From a bacterium (GTDB lineage Bacteria; Bdellovibrionota_B; Oligoflexia; Silvanigrellales; Silvanigrellaceae), in contig RGDM01000003.1 in the NCBI GenBank assembly GCA_009918675.1, positions 7,020 through 71,019 of the forward strand: a stretch of 64,000 nt of DNA, in the 5' to 3' direction. Numbering within the stretch: position 1 is the stretch's first letter; each line of letters starts with the position of its first letter. Below are positions 1 to 8,233 of the stretch, one piece after another. A program made the position numbers and the translations under genes. Under the pieces are notes generated by a model. That model was given only the letters and a program-made list of their open reading frames with translations, was not told the DNA's origin and ran no database searches.

Positions 1-455
1 GATGTGGCAAAAAGTGAGGATGGGTCGCAATGCAGTTTCAAAAGCAGAGTTTCTGCTGGGCGAAACGCTGCTCTACGAAGCAAAGAGTTGGGCCGCATTG
101 ACCAATGTAAGGCGTAGAGAAGTGAGTCTTTTGATTTTTGAATGTGCAGAAAGCTTGAGCCCGGGCTGTGTCCGCTCGGAAGTAATTCAACCTGGAGATT
201 GCCTAAAACAATCGGCCGAAAATAGGTGCAAGGCAGAAACGCAGCTTTCGGAAATTTTTGGGCGAGAATTCTGTGAGCTTCATGGCTCACCAGCATCTGC
301 TTTCCGCCCATTTTGCCCGAACAGTAGGGCGCTCCGATGCTCGAAAGAAAATTGATATGTCCTGAGCTTTGAGCGTCTAGGGCAAGGATTGCATGTTCAA
401 CCGTGATGTCGCCGTCTTCGTGATTAAGAAGGATTTCGTCGAAAACCGTGAACAT
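1..455 (-). CDS. Partial CDS (first 151 codons, runs off left edge); tentatively an MBL-fold/beta-CASP-like hydrolase with a degenerate metal motif
   Basis: Minus-strand frame is open from ATG (455-453) to the window edge; I checked every codon and found no stop. Translation MFTVFDEILLNHEDGDITVEHAILALD...LQVELLPSGHSPGSSFLHIQ recalls the PAGHxxGS strand of MBL/beta-CASP enzymes. The HxHxDH position reads LDAQSSGH. Not in the supplied ORF track because it lacks a stop in the window. Confidence 0.45.
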   Translation of the reverse strand, partial: MFTVFDEILLNHEDGDITVEHAILALDAQSSGHINFLSSIGAPYCSGKMGGKQMLVSHEAHRILAQKFPKAAFLPCTYFRPIVLGNLQVELLPSGHSPGSSFLHIQKSKDSLLYALHWSMRPNSLLRRAAFRPAETLLLKLHCDPSSLFAT

Positions 456-484
456 CTTAGAACCCGCCAGGCCGTGACCGTTTG

Positions 485-1525
485 CTAGAGCACGTTGCCA
501 TATGGGGAGCAGAAAACAAAGCGCGGCCCGAGGCAAATGTGGATTGGCGCAGTGGTGGGTTCGAGGAGATCTCCATCAAGCGAATAGTCAATCGCCTGTG
601 TGGGAGTCAGAGTTGCATTTTCGAAAATATGGCTGTGAATTGTTTCGGAGCGACCGCGTCCTCCGGTTAAAAAAGTTTTTACTGTCTCGTATGGAAATTT
701 CTGTCGACTGGCGTAGACGGCAAGCAATTCGGCTTCGCTCCGGTGTGTGTTGAGCGCGCGAAAGAAATGCACACCAAAAGGCATTTTAGGAATGGTAGAT
801 GCAACCAACATATTGGTATTGATTGGATTTTCAAAGGGCCAGGGACGTGGCGAACAGTCCACGTGCACACGCTCTGTGGAATAAAGTTCGTTGTAGGCAC
901 CGCCCAGCCGACCACCAAAGGCGCCATCGGTAAGCACTTTGCCCAAAAAAAGTCCGGCCCCAAGTGTCGACGATTTGATTTTATAAAACTCGCGAAGAAA
1001 CCGCGCGGCAACTCCATCGGCGAATATAAAACCGAGTCGTCCGTTGACTTTGAGGGTCTGCAGCGACATTTCGGCAAGTCCGTTTGGTGTATGGTAGGCC
1101 TCGAGCGCATCCGCAAAGACATCTTTAGGGCTTCCAAAGATTCCTAAATTTGCGGCAAGGACATTGACGGTACCGCCTCGGAGGACCAGGATGCGAGGGA
1201 GTTTGTCTGCGGGATAGGCTTGTGCCAGTGCCGAAAGGGTCAGGCTGATTGTGCCGTCTCCACCGACAACGCCAACGGTGTCTATTCCGCGGGCACAAAA
1301 TTCCTGGCAGACGCGCGAAAGATCTTGCAGGGAATTGGTGACCTCGAATTGACCCTGGTTGCCAAGAATGTACCACATGAGGGTGTTGTGCTCTGGATCG
1401 CGCTTATTTATCTTCGCGAATGGGTTGGAGATGATTCCTAATCCTGGCATCGAAGAGTGTTCCGCTTGGGGTGAAAGTAATGAGCCGTCGCGGTGAGAGT
1501 TTGCCATCAAAGGACGTGAAAGCAA
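485..1525 (-). CDS. Diacylglycerol/lipid kinase catalytic-domain (DAGK_cat, NAD-kinase-like) family protein
   Basis: VGVVGGDGT nucleotide-binding motif in a 320-346 aa protein. Probable true start is ATG 1450 (MPGLGIISNPFAK...). Starts at 1507 or 1525 would overlap the divergent sigma-factor gene. Confidence 0.75.
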   Translation of the reverse strand: MLSRPLMANSHRDGSLLSPQAEHSSMPGLGIISNPFAKINKRDPEHNTLMWYILGNQGQFEVTNSLQDLSRVCQEFCARGIDTVGVVGGDGTISLTLSALAQAYPADKLPRILVLRGGTVNVLAANLGIFGSPKDVFADALEAYHTPNGLAEMSLQTLKVNGRLGFIFADGVAARFLREFYKIKSSTLGAGLFLGKVLTDGAFGGRLGGAYNELYSTERVHVDCSPRPWPFENPINTNMLVASTIPKMPFGVHFFRALNTHRSEAELLAVYASRQKFPYETVKTFLTGGRGRSETIHSHIFENATLTPTQAIDYSLDGDLLEPTTAPIHICLGPRFVFCSPYGNVL

Positions 1526-2664
1526 ACGCTCCTGGTAAGAACGACAAAAAGAAAAAATCCTTTGTTAGGGTCGCCCGCACAAAGGGCGGATCGTTCGATC
1601 ATCAAAACTCCTCATCGACTGTTGCAGAGCCCGAGGTTCTTGACGCTGAAATCGTTGAAGACGATGAGCTCTCCGAGCGCTCAAGCGACACGCTTGATGT
1701 GGATTCGGTGGATGGGGATTGGTCTGACACAGATCAGGAATCACAGGCACTCGCACCACGAGGTGATGTTGAAGCCGTCGATGATTACGAAGAATCAATC
1801 GAAGATTTTGACAATTCGACAAGTCTTGTTCCGTCCTCTGTTCTCTCAAGGTATCTGGCGGAACTGCGCAGATATCCGTTACTAAGCATTGAAGAAGAGC
1901 GTCGACTGGCAACTGAGGCTTATGAAAAAAACAGCGTTGAAGCGCGGCAGCGACTAGTGACCGCAAATCTCCGCTTGGTTGTGAAGATTGCGATGGAGTA
2001 TCGACGCGCCTACGCGCAAATGTTGGATTTGATTCAAGAGGGAAACGCTGGGCTTGTGCAGGCCGTTAATCGCTTCAACCCCTATCGCGGCGTGAAATTG
2101 AGCACATACAGCGCATGGTGGATTCGTGCATATATTTTGAAATTCTTGATGGACAACAAGAGTCTTGTCAGAATTGGAACAACAGATGCGCAGCGCAAGT
2201 TGTTTTTTCGGCTGCGTGCTGAAGCAGAAAAAATGTATGCCCTAACTCAACGATTTGATGCACGACTTTTGGCAGAAAAAATTGGTGTCAAAGAAAATGA
2301 AGTCGTTGAAATGAATCAACGGCTCTCGAAGGGTGATCTGTCGTTGGATACGCCCGTCTATGATGATCAGCCCGGCACACGGCAAGTTGATTTAATCATG
2401 GACGAAGAAGAGGGCATTGACGAGAAATTAGCTCGCGAAGAGATATTGAGTATCCTTAAAGTGCAGGCAAAAGAGATCGAAAACGAACTCAATGATCGCG
2501 ATCTATTTATATTCAGAAATCGCATTATCGCTGAGGATCCTATTACTTTGCAGGATGTCGGGGATAAGTTTGGAATTACGCGCGAGCGCGCTCGCCAGCT
2601 TGAAGCAAAGGTGCTTCGCAAAATTCGCGAGCGTCTTGAGGACGTCGGCATTGATGCTTTTTAA
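1471..2664 (+). CDS. rpoH: RNA polymerase sigma factor, RpoH-like (sigma-32 family) with a long charged N-terminal extension
   Basis: Sigma-70 regions are readable: NLRLVVKIAMEYRR, LIQEGNAGLVQAVNRFNPYRGVKLSTYSAWWIRAYI, C-terminal HTH LQDVGDKFGITRERARQLE. RpoH-box-like AQRKLFFRLR is present. Start is GTG 1471 or ATG 1480. Confidence 0.8.
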   Translation: MKVMSRRGESLPSKDVKANAPGKNDKKKKSFVRVARTKGGSFDHQNSSSTVAEPEVLDAEIVEDDELSERSSDTLDVDSVDGDWSDTDQESQALAPRGDVEAVDDYEESIEDFDNSTSLVPSSVLSRYLAELRRYPLLSIEEERRLATEAYEKNSVEARQRLVTANLRLVVKIAMEYRRAYAQMLDLIQEGNAGLVQAVNRFNPYRGVKLSTYSAWWIRAYILKFLMDNKSLVRIGTTDAQRKLFFRLRAEAEKMYALTQRFDARLLAEKIGVKENEVVEMNQRLSKGDLSLDTPVYDDQPGTRQVDLIMDEEEGIDEKLAREEILSILKVQAKEIENELNDRDLFIFRNRIIAEDPITLQDVGDKFGITRERARQLEAKVLRKIRERLEDVGIDAF

Positions 2665-3517
2665 GTTCAGTCGCCCTTGGTTTTGGCAATTTTTTATTCG
2701 TGTGAGTATTCTTTTTCTTGTGATGATGTGTGCGTCGCCAAGCTGGGCCGGAATTTCGCAGCAACGAATTGTAAGCCTTGCACCCAGTGCGACCGAGTGG
2801 ATCGTTGCTTTGGGGCTCGAGAATTCTCTCTATGGAGTTACTGAGCAGTGCGACTTTCCTCCACGGGTCAGTGGCAAAAGTAAAGTTGGAGCATTTATGC
2901 GCGTCAGTGTTGAGCGTGTGCTTGCACTCAAGCCAACAGATATTGTCGCTGTCGATGGATTACCTGCAGCATTAAAGCAGAGATTCACAGAGTCTGGAGC
3001 GCGTGTTCATTTGTTCCATGCTGGTAATTTGCAGTCGTTTCCCCAGGAAATTTCCCGCTTGGGTCAGAATTTGGGAGTCGCCGATCGAGCGAATCTTCTT
3101 GCGGAGTCGTTTCGTGGGGGCTTGCGCGGATTGGCGCAAAAAAAATCTAAGGGAGCTTTGCGCAGAGGGCTTTTCTTTGTCAATTTGAATCCCATGTTTG
3201 TGGCAAGTTCAGCGGCTTGGTTAAGTGAATTGTTTGAATTCGCCGGTGTTGCAAACGCGCTGGCACCGACTCCGCACGCCGATCTTTTTCCAAGAATTTC
3301 CTTCGAAGCTTTGGCGATGTCTAAGGCGGATCTCTGGGTCGGTTTTGCTCGTGATGCTCGAGAAAAAGAGCAAATTAACAGCTCTTTTTCGCAGCTGAAT
3401 TTGAAACTGAGCCGTGGCAACAAGGTCAAAACCCGCATTTATCCAGCAGATGAATTTCAGCGTCCTGGGCCAAGATTGCTCGAAGCGATGCGCCAATTGC
3501 AAGGTGAAGAGTTTTGA
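2654..3517 (+). CDS. ABC transporter periplasmic substrate-binding protein, BtuF/FhuD type (cobalamin/heme/siderophore class)
   Basis: Signal-peptide-like N-terminus (MLFKFSRPWFWQFFIRVSILFLVMMCASPSWA). It is followed by RIVSLAPSATEWIVALGL...LKPTDIVAVDG, which resembles E. coli BtuF. ATG 2654 overlaps the rpoH stop by 11 nt. The 5' part of ORF 2492.. is a shadow of rpoH. Confidence 0.75.
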   Translation: MLFKFSRPWFWQFFIRVSILFLVMMCASPSWAGISQQRIVSLAPSATEWIVALGLENSLYGVTEQCDFPPRVSGKSKVGAFMRVSVERVLALKPTDIVAVDGLPAALKQRFTESGARVHLFHAGNLQSFPQEISRLGQNLGVADRANLLAESFRGGLRGLAQKKSKGALRRGLFFVNLNPMFVASSAAWLSELFEFAGVANALAPTPHADLFPRISFEALAMSKADLWVGFARDAREKEQINSSFSQLNLKLSRGNKVKTRIYPADEFQRPGPRLLEAMRQLQGEEF

Positions 3518-4530
3518 AAGCAATCGTCATTTTTTCTGTGTGTTTGATGTTTTTTGCGTTATTGGCCTTGATGTTTGGTCCTGCAACGCCGTTGAACGTG
3601 TGGTTTGAATTGCTCAGTGGGAAGCGCAATTGGCTTGATTTTTTGTCCGACAATAGTTCGGTTTTGAAGCTCCGTCTCGTTCATGTGATTCTTTCCATAA
3701 CCACAGGAATGGCGTTGTCGGCAGCGGGACGCGCAATGCAACAATTAATGCAAAATCCTCTTGCCGATCCACATGTGGTTGGTCTGTCCGCGGGAAGCAC
3801 CTCTGCAGTTCTTCTGACTATTGTGTTGTTTCCCGCTTATTCGGCGACATTGTTGTGGGATGTTTTTCCGGCGTTGTGGATTTCTGCGGCTCTAGGTTCA
3901 TTTATTGCGTTAATTCTTGTTCAAGTGGTTTTTCAGCGGGTTGTGCGCCGTTGGGGAGTGGCCTCATTGGCGTTGGTTGGATTGCTTTTGAATGCGAGCT
4001 TCTCTGCGTTTTTGATGTTAATTTTTGCGAGATTAAGTCCGGATTCGTTGGCCGAGGTTCAGGCTTGGACGTTGGGTTCGATTCAACCCCATGGTCTTTT
4101 TCAGGTCGTCTTGATTGCACCGGTTTTGCTCCTAGGTGCGCTTGCATTTGTGGTCCTCGACAAAGAACTCAAACTTATGTCGTTTGGGGTTGAGTTTGCT
4201 TCTTCACATGGCGTAAATGTGCGGAGACTTCGGCAAAAGTCACTTGTTATATTGATGCTCGTGAGTGCGGCGGCCGTGTGTGCGGCTGGGTCGGTTGGGT
4301 TCATTGGTTTGCTCATTCCTCACCTAACCCGTCGGTTGTTTTTTCGTTCTGCTTGGCTGTGGGCGCGTCCTTGGTTGAATGTGCTACTTGGCGGTGGATT
4401 TTTGTTGATCGCCGACCTGTGTTCGCGGACGTTGACTTCGCCCCTGGAGCTGCCCGTTGGTGTTTATACCGCGCTTTTTTCTGCGCCCTTTCTGATGGCT
4501 GTGCTGCTGCGAAAGGAGCGAGTCGCGTGA
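3514..4530 (+). CDS. ABC transporter permease, FecCD/BtuC family
   Basis: 338 aa with about 9-10 hydrophobic segments, placed between the binding protein and the ATPase. 4-nt TTGA start/stop overlap with the upstream gene. Confidence 0.8.
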   Translation: MKAIVIFSVCLMFFALLALMFGPATPLNVWFELLSGKRNWLDFLSDNSSVLKLRLVHVILSITTGMALSAAGRAMQQLMQNPLADPHVVGLSAGSTSAVLLTIVLFPAYSATLLWDVFPALWISAALGSFIALILVQVVFQRVVRRWGVASLALVGLLLNASFSAFLMLIFARLSPDSLAEVQAWTLGSIQPHGLFQVVLIAPVLLLGALAFVVLDKELKLMSFGVEFASSHGVNVRRLRQKSLVILMLVSAAAVCAAGSVGFIGLLIPHLTRRLFFRSAWLWARPWLNVLLGGGFLLIADLCSRTLTSPLELPVGVYTALFSAPFLMAVLLRKERVA

Positions 4531-5303
4531 GCGTGTCGAGCGGGCAGCGCCGCGTTTTTCTGCGACGGTTTTCGGTGTGGCGTCAGCCGCGATGGATTTT
4601 GACGGATCTTTCGGCCGAACTTTATGCGGGCGAATTGTGCGCGCTGGTTGGTCCAAATGGGTCGGGAAAATCGACTCTTTTGCGTGCACTTGCTGGAGTT
4701 TTGCAGCCCCCTTGGCAAGTGTCCGGTGAGCTTGAGATTGCTTTTTTTGAACGCGGCGCAGTTTTCCAAGGTGCTGTTGAGTTGGAGATGCGTAAAGTGA
4801 GCTGGGTTGCGCAGTCATTGACACCCACTGACGAAATGACCGTGAGAGAGTTTATTTGGCTCTCACTTGCTCATTCCAATAAGGGTCGGACAAAGTCGCC
4901 AGAGGTCTTCGAGGCTCTTCCTGTTCTTGAACGATTTGGGGTGGGGCCTTTGCTCGACACCCTTATCTCGGATCTGAGTGGCGGACAATGGCAACGGGTT
5001 CGGCTGGCCTGTGGTTTGGCCTTGCGTGCAGGAGTTTTTTTACTCGATGAGCCTGATACTTACTTGGATGAACGATGGCGCGAGGTTTTGTGGAGCGTTT
5101 TGGCAGATCTTTGCGCTCAAGGGGCGTGCATTATTGTCGCTCTGCACCGCTTTGATGATCTGCAGACTCGAGTGGATCGATGGTGGGGCCTCGCGGGAGG
5201 GCAATTGATGTTTAGTCATCAGGAATTAGGTGTTTACCCAGGCGCTTTGTTAGAGCGGCTTTTTTTGGGAAAAGGTCTTGACTCGGCTAAACGCGTGGGC
5301 TAG
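4527..5303 (+). CDS. ABC transporter ATP-binding protein (BtuD/FecE-like)
   Basis: Walker A GPNGSGKST, signature LSGGQWQRV, Walker B VFLLDEPDTYLD. GTG 4527 overlaps the permease stop (GTGA). The 5' part of ORF 4278.. is a permease shadow. Confidence 0.85.
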   Translation: MSVSSGQRRVFLRRFSVWRQPRWILTDLSAELYAGELCALVGPNGSGKSTLLRALAGVLQPPWQVSGELEIAFFERGAVFQGAVELEMRKVSWVAQSLTPTDEMTVREFIWLSLAHSNKGRTKSPEVFEALPVLERFGVGPLLDTLISDLSGGQWQRVRLACGLALRAGVFLLDEPDTYLDERWREVLWSVLADLCAQGACIIVALHRFDDLQTRVDRWWGLAGGQLMFSHQELGVYPGALLERLFLGKGLDSAKRVG

Positions 5304-5347
5304 TCCACCTCTCACCAAATCCAAGGACATCCTTGCGGTCTGGGTGT

Positions 5348-5424
5348 GCGCGGTTAGCTCAGCTGGATAGAGCACCAGACTACGAATCTGGCGGTCAGGC
5401 GTTCGAATCGCTTACCGCGCGCCA
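5348..5424 (+). tRNA. tRNA-Arg (anticodon ACG)
   Basis: Cloverleaf read by eye. Acceptor GCGCGGT/ACCGCGC, D-arm TAGCTCAGCTGGATAGAGC, anticodon stem CCAGA/TCTGG with loop CTACGAA, T-arm GGTTCGAATC, encoded CCA, followed by a T-run. Confidence 0.93.
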
Positions 5425-5467
5425 TTTTTTTTTTACGACTTTTCGGTACACTGTTTTAAGCCGCGCT

Positions 5468-5557
5468 GGAGCGATGGGTGAGTGGCTGAAACCACATCCT
5501 TGCTAAGGATGCGTAGGGGTAACTCTACCGAGGGTTCGAATCCCTCTCGCTCCGCCA
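5468..5557 (+). tRNA. tRNA-Ser (anticodon GCU), class II with long variable arm
   Basis: Acceptor GGAGCGA/TCGCTCC, anticodon stem CATCC/GGATG with loop TTGCTAA, long variable arm, T-arm GGGTTCGAATCCC, encoded CCA. Confidence 0.9.
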
Positions 5558-5559
5558 CC

Positions 5560-5600
5560 ATTGCGGGGCCACTCGTGAGAGGGCTCCGCAATTTTTTTTT
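5560..5600 (+). terminator. Rho-independent terminator after the tRNA pair
   Basis: Hairpin TTGCGGGGCC...GGGCTCCGCAA followed by a run of 9 T. Confidence 0.7.
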
Positions 5601-5623
5601 CACCACGTCTTTTTAAAGATTTA

Positions 5624-6112
5624 ATGAGCAGCGAGCATCTTTCAAAAACCGATGAGCATTGGATGACTCTCGCCCTTGAAGCGGCCGCGCAGGCCGAAAA
5701 TGAGGGTGATGTTCCCGTCGGGTGTGTCATTGTCCACCCCGATCACGGCCTACTCGCCAGCGGCTACAATCGCCGTGAGGTGAATCAAGATCCAACCGCA
5801 CATGCTGAAGTCATTGCCTTGCGTGAGGCATCAGCAAGACTGGGACGCTGGCGGCTTTCTGATTGCACAGTTTACGTGACTCTCGAGCCTTGCTTTATGT
5901 GTGCAGGAGCGCTCGTCAATGCTCGGGTTGCGCGGGTTGTTTACGCTGCAACAGATGCAAAAGCAGGTGCGTGCGCGAGTCTTGCAAATGTCCTTGAGGA
6001 TGCGCGTTTGAATCATCGCTGCCAGGTGAATGCTGGGGTGTTGGAGGATAAGGCGCGGCTGCAATTGCAACAATTTTTTCGCAGCCGACGCAAAAAACCA
6101 CCTCAGGAATAA
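5624..6112 (+). CDS. tadA: tRNA-specific adenosine deaminase
   Basis: CDA-fold zinc motifs HAEVIALREA and PCFMCAGAL; 162 aa. Confidence 0.9.
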   Translation: MSSEHLSKTDEHWMTLALEAAAQAENEGDVPVGCVIVHPDHGLLASGYNRREVNQDPTAHAEVIALREASARLGRWRLSDCTVYVTLEPCFMCAGALVNARVARVVYAATDAKAGACASLANVLEDARLNHRCQVNAGVLEDKARLQLQQFFRSRRKKPPQE

Positions 6113-7176
6113 ACGAGACCTTTGTGCGCGGGTGCGCACGTGAGTACTTCGCCGCCGCCAGTTCGCAATGCAGTTTCCACTGCCGCCTTTTGCGAAGGAT
6201 GATCGACCATCATCACCAGCACTCCGCCACCGCCAGCTCCACACACCTTTCCGCCTGTAGCTCCTGCGCGCAGTGCTGTCGTGTAAAGTGATTCGAGAGT
6301 TGGCGTGACAATTCCTGGAGCAAGATTGCGACGAATATCCCATTCTGCGCTTAGCAACCTTGACACAGCTTGCCAGTTTTTATTTTGCAGCTCTTTCTTC
6401 ATATCAGGAACGATTTTGGCGATTGCTGCGCAGCGTTCGAGAACACCTGCATCAGCTGTGAGAACTTTTTCCAGCACAAGCCAATTATTGAAAGCACTGA
6501 AGTGCTGCTGGCCACTGTGGGCAAGCACGAGGTGCCGCGACAGATCATCGATATCGCTTGGTATCTGTGATGTCGTGCTACCAAAAGCGGTGTGCTTGAC
6601 GGTTTGCAGACCGCCGAAGTAGGCGGCGAAATGATCTTGATTGCCAGCGAGATTGCCCAAGATACCAGCTTCAAGTGTTTGAGCTGTGCGGCAGAGTTCT
6701 GTTCCGTCTACAGAGTGGCCGAGTAGTTTATTGAAGGCGGCGAGCAGGGCGATAACCAGAGAACTTGAACCACCCAATCCAGAACCACGCGGAGCTTGTG
6801 CATTTGTCTCGATGCTCACCCGACCATAACCCTGTCGGAGAATCTCGTTTCGGTAGAGCCGAGTCACTGCACGCAACAAGACGAAATCAGCACCGTCGTT
6901 TTGATTGAGGGTGTTGCCGACAGCGCTGCGTCCCAGCGATTTGTCGTTGAACTCCCATGCGAAATCTTGACCTGGGTAAAAGGTTACTTTGGCCTCAGCG
7001 CGTAGTTCAATTGCAAGGTTGACTGTTTCAATGGGCGCGTTCCACAGTTCGAATTTTTCCTGTAGAATTGCAGCTAACGGCCAAATATCAAGGGTTCCAC
7101 CGGCCATGTCGATGCGCGTTGGAGCGCGAGTGGTACAAGTGACGGGCTGAGTGGCAAGTGTGGATGATCCTGCCAT
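6103..7176 (-). CDS. GHMP-family sugar kinase (HddA/fucokinase-like)
   Basis: GHMP motif PRGSGLGGSSSLVIALLAAF and N-terminal RAPTRIDMAGGTLDIWP. Start ATG 7176 is preceded by GGAAAGGA. Upstream ATG 7209 is less likely. Confidence 0.75.
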   Translation of the reverse strand: MAGSSTLATQPVTCTTRAPTRIDMAGGTLDIWPLAAILQEKFELWNAPIETVNLAIELRAEAKVTFYPGQDFAWEFNDKSLGRSAVGNTLNQNDGADFVLLRAVTRLYRNEILRQGYGRVSIETNAQAPRGSGLGGSSSLVIALLAAFNKLLGHSVDGTELCRTAQTLEAGILGNLAGNQDHFAAYFGGLQTVKHTAFGSTTSQIPSDIDDLSRHLVLAHSGQQHFSAFNNWLVLEKVLTADAGVLERCAAIAKIVPDMKKELQNKNWQAVSRLLSAEWDIRRNLAPGIVTPTLESLYTTALRAGATGGKVCGAGGGGVLVMMVDHPSQKAAVETALRTGGGEVLTCAPAHKGLVYS

Positions 7177-7241
7177 GGTTTGTCCTTTCCTTTTGGAACC
7201 TGAGTGCAAGTTGTGTTGAAAGCATATTACCGAGGTTATGA

Positions 7242-8222
7242 GTGTCTGAGAAGCATATGAAAACGCAAGATGTGGTGGGGATTATTTTAGCTGCTGGACA
7301 GGGCAAGCGGATGAAAACGACTCGTCCTAAGGTCGCGCACACGCTTCTTGGTCGCCCCCTCATCGAGTGGTCGATGAGCCATTTTGTTGAGGCAGGTGTT
7401 GCAGATCTCAGCGTTGTCGTGTCGCCGGCTCAACCTGAGGTGCATGCCATTGTTGAGCGTTTTGCACAAAAAGTCGCCACACGTTGTCGTGTGCAACACG
7501 TGTTTCAAGATGTCGCTCTTGGAACGGGTCACGCGGCACTCTGTGGAGTGCGTGCACTTGAGGCGCAAGGTGTTCAGTCCGGGACGGCACTCATTGGATT
7601 GGGAGATGTTCCGGGTGTGTTGCCAAATATTCTTGATGGTCTGTTAGGTCGCCTTGCCCTCGACAAAAGTGCTTTGACAGTCCTCGCCTTCGATGCCGAG
7701 GATCCTTCCGGCTATGGGCGAGTGCTTAAAACCATGGACGGACAGGTGTACCGGATTCAAGAAGAGAAAGATTGTAGCGCTGAGCAGCGACAAATTCGCT
7801 CGTGCAACAGTGGTTTTTTTGCCGGCGACTTTCAGACGCTGAACGAATTTCTGCCGCAAATTAAACCCGAGAACGCAGCTCGTGAATTCTATCTGACCGA
7901 CCTTCCTGTGTTGCTCACAGGCTCCGGACGTCGTGTCACAGCGTTTGAGGGTGTTCCAGAAGAAACCGTCTTGGGTGTGAATTCTCAAGCTCAACTTGCC
8001 GATGTGGCCGCCCGCTTGCAACGCCGAATTGTCCAGCAGTTGATGGCTAAAGGTGTACAAATTCTCAATCCTGAGCACGTGTATATTGAGGACTCGGTCG
8101 TTTTTGGGCAGAACGTAATCGTGGAGCCGTTTGTTTCTTTGGCAGGAGACTTGCAGATTCCCGATGAAGCGCGAATCCCTTCATTTTCGCGTTGGACAAA
8201 ACAGTCCGACGTGCGTCCGTAA
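7242..8222 (+). CDS. glmU: GlmU-like N-acetylglucosamine-1-phosphate uridylyltransferase, with the acetyltransferase (LbH) domain almost entirely missing
   Basis: GIILAAGQGKRMKTTRPKVAHTLLGRPLIEW closely parallels the E. coli GlmU N-terminus, and the gene sits directly upstream of glmS. The protein ends after about 2 hexapeptide turns (LMAKGVQILNPEHVYIEDSVVFGQNVIVEP...). Start is GTG 7242 or ATG 7257. Confidence 0.75.
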   Translation: MSEKHMKTQDVVGIILAAGQGKRMKTTRPKVAHTLLGRPLIEWSMSHFVEAGVADLSVVVSPAQPEVHAIVERFAQKVATRCRVQHVFQDVALGTGHAALCGVRALEAQGVQSGTALIGLGDVPGVLPNILDGLLGRLALDKSALTVLAFDAEDPSGYGRVLKTMDGQVYRIQEEKDCSAEQRQIRSCNSGFFAGDFQTLNEFLPQIKPENAAREFYLTDLPVLLTGSGRRVTAFEGVPEETVLGVNSQAQLADVAARLQRRIVQQLMAKGVQILNPEHVYIEDSVVFGQNVIVEPFVSLAGDLQIPDEARIPSFSRWTKQSDVRP

Positions 8223-8233
8223 AGGAACAACAT

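Noticed and set aside
2-355. Plus-strand ORF of 117 aa at the left edge
   Set aside because: It has Cys/Arg-rich, non-protein-like composition. The opposite strand carries a longer uninterrupted frame (1-455) with a plausible start and an enzyme-like sequence. I treat this ORF as an antisense shadow.
2492-2653. N-terminal extensions of track ORFs overlapping upstream genes (2492-2653, 4278-4526, 8192-8233, 33371-33400, 37463-37558, 46342-46410, 58509-58646, 21476-21520)
   Set aside because: In each case a downstream start gives a canonical N-terminus (signal peptide, MCGVIG, P-loop context and so on) and removes the overlap with the neighbouring gene.
5304-5623. tRNA pair as an integration hotspot, suggesting a genomic island
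   Set aside because: There is no integrase, no duplicated tRNA 3' end and no direct repeats. The flanking genes (ABC importer, tadA) are ordinary.
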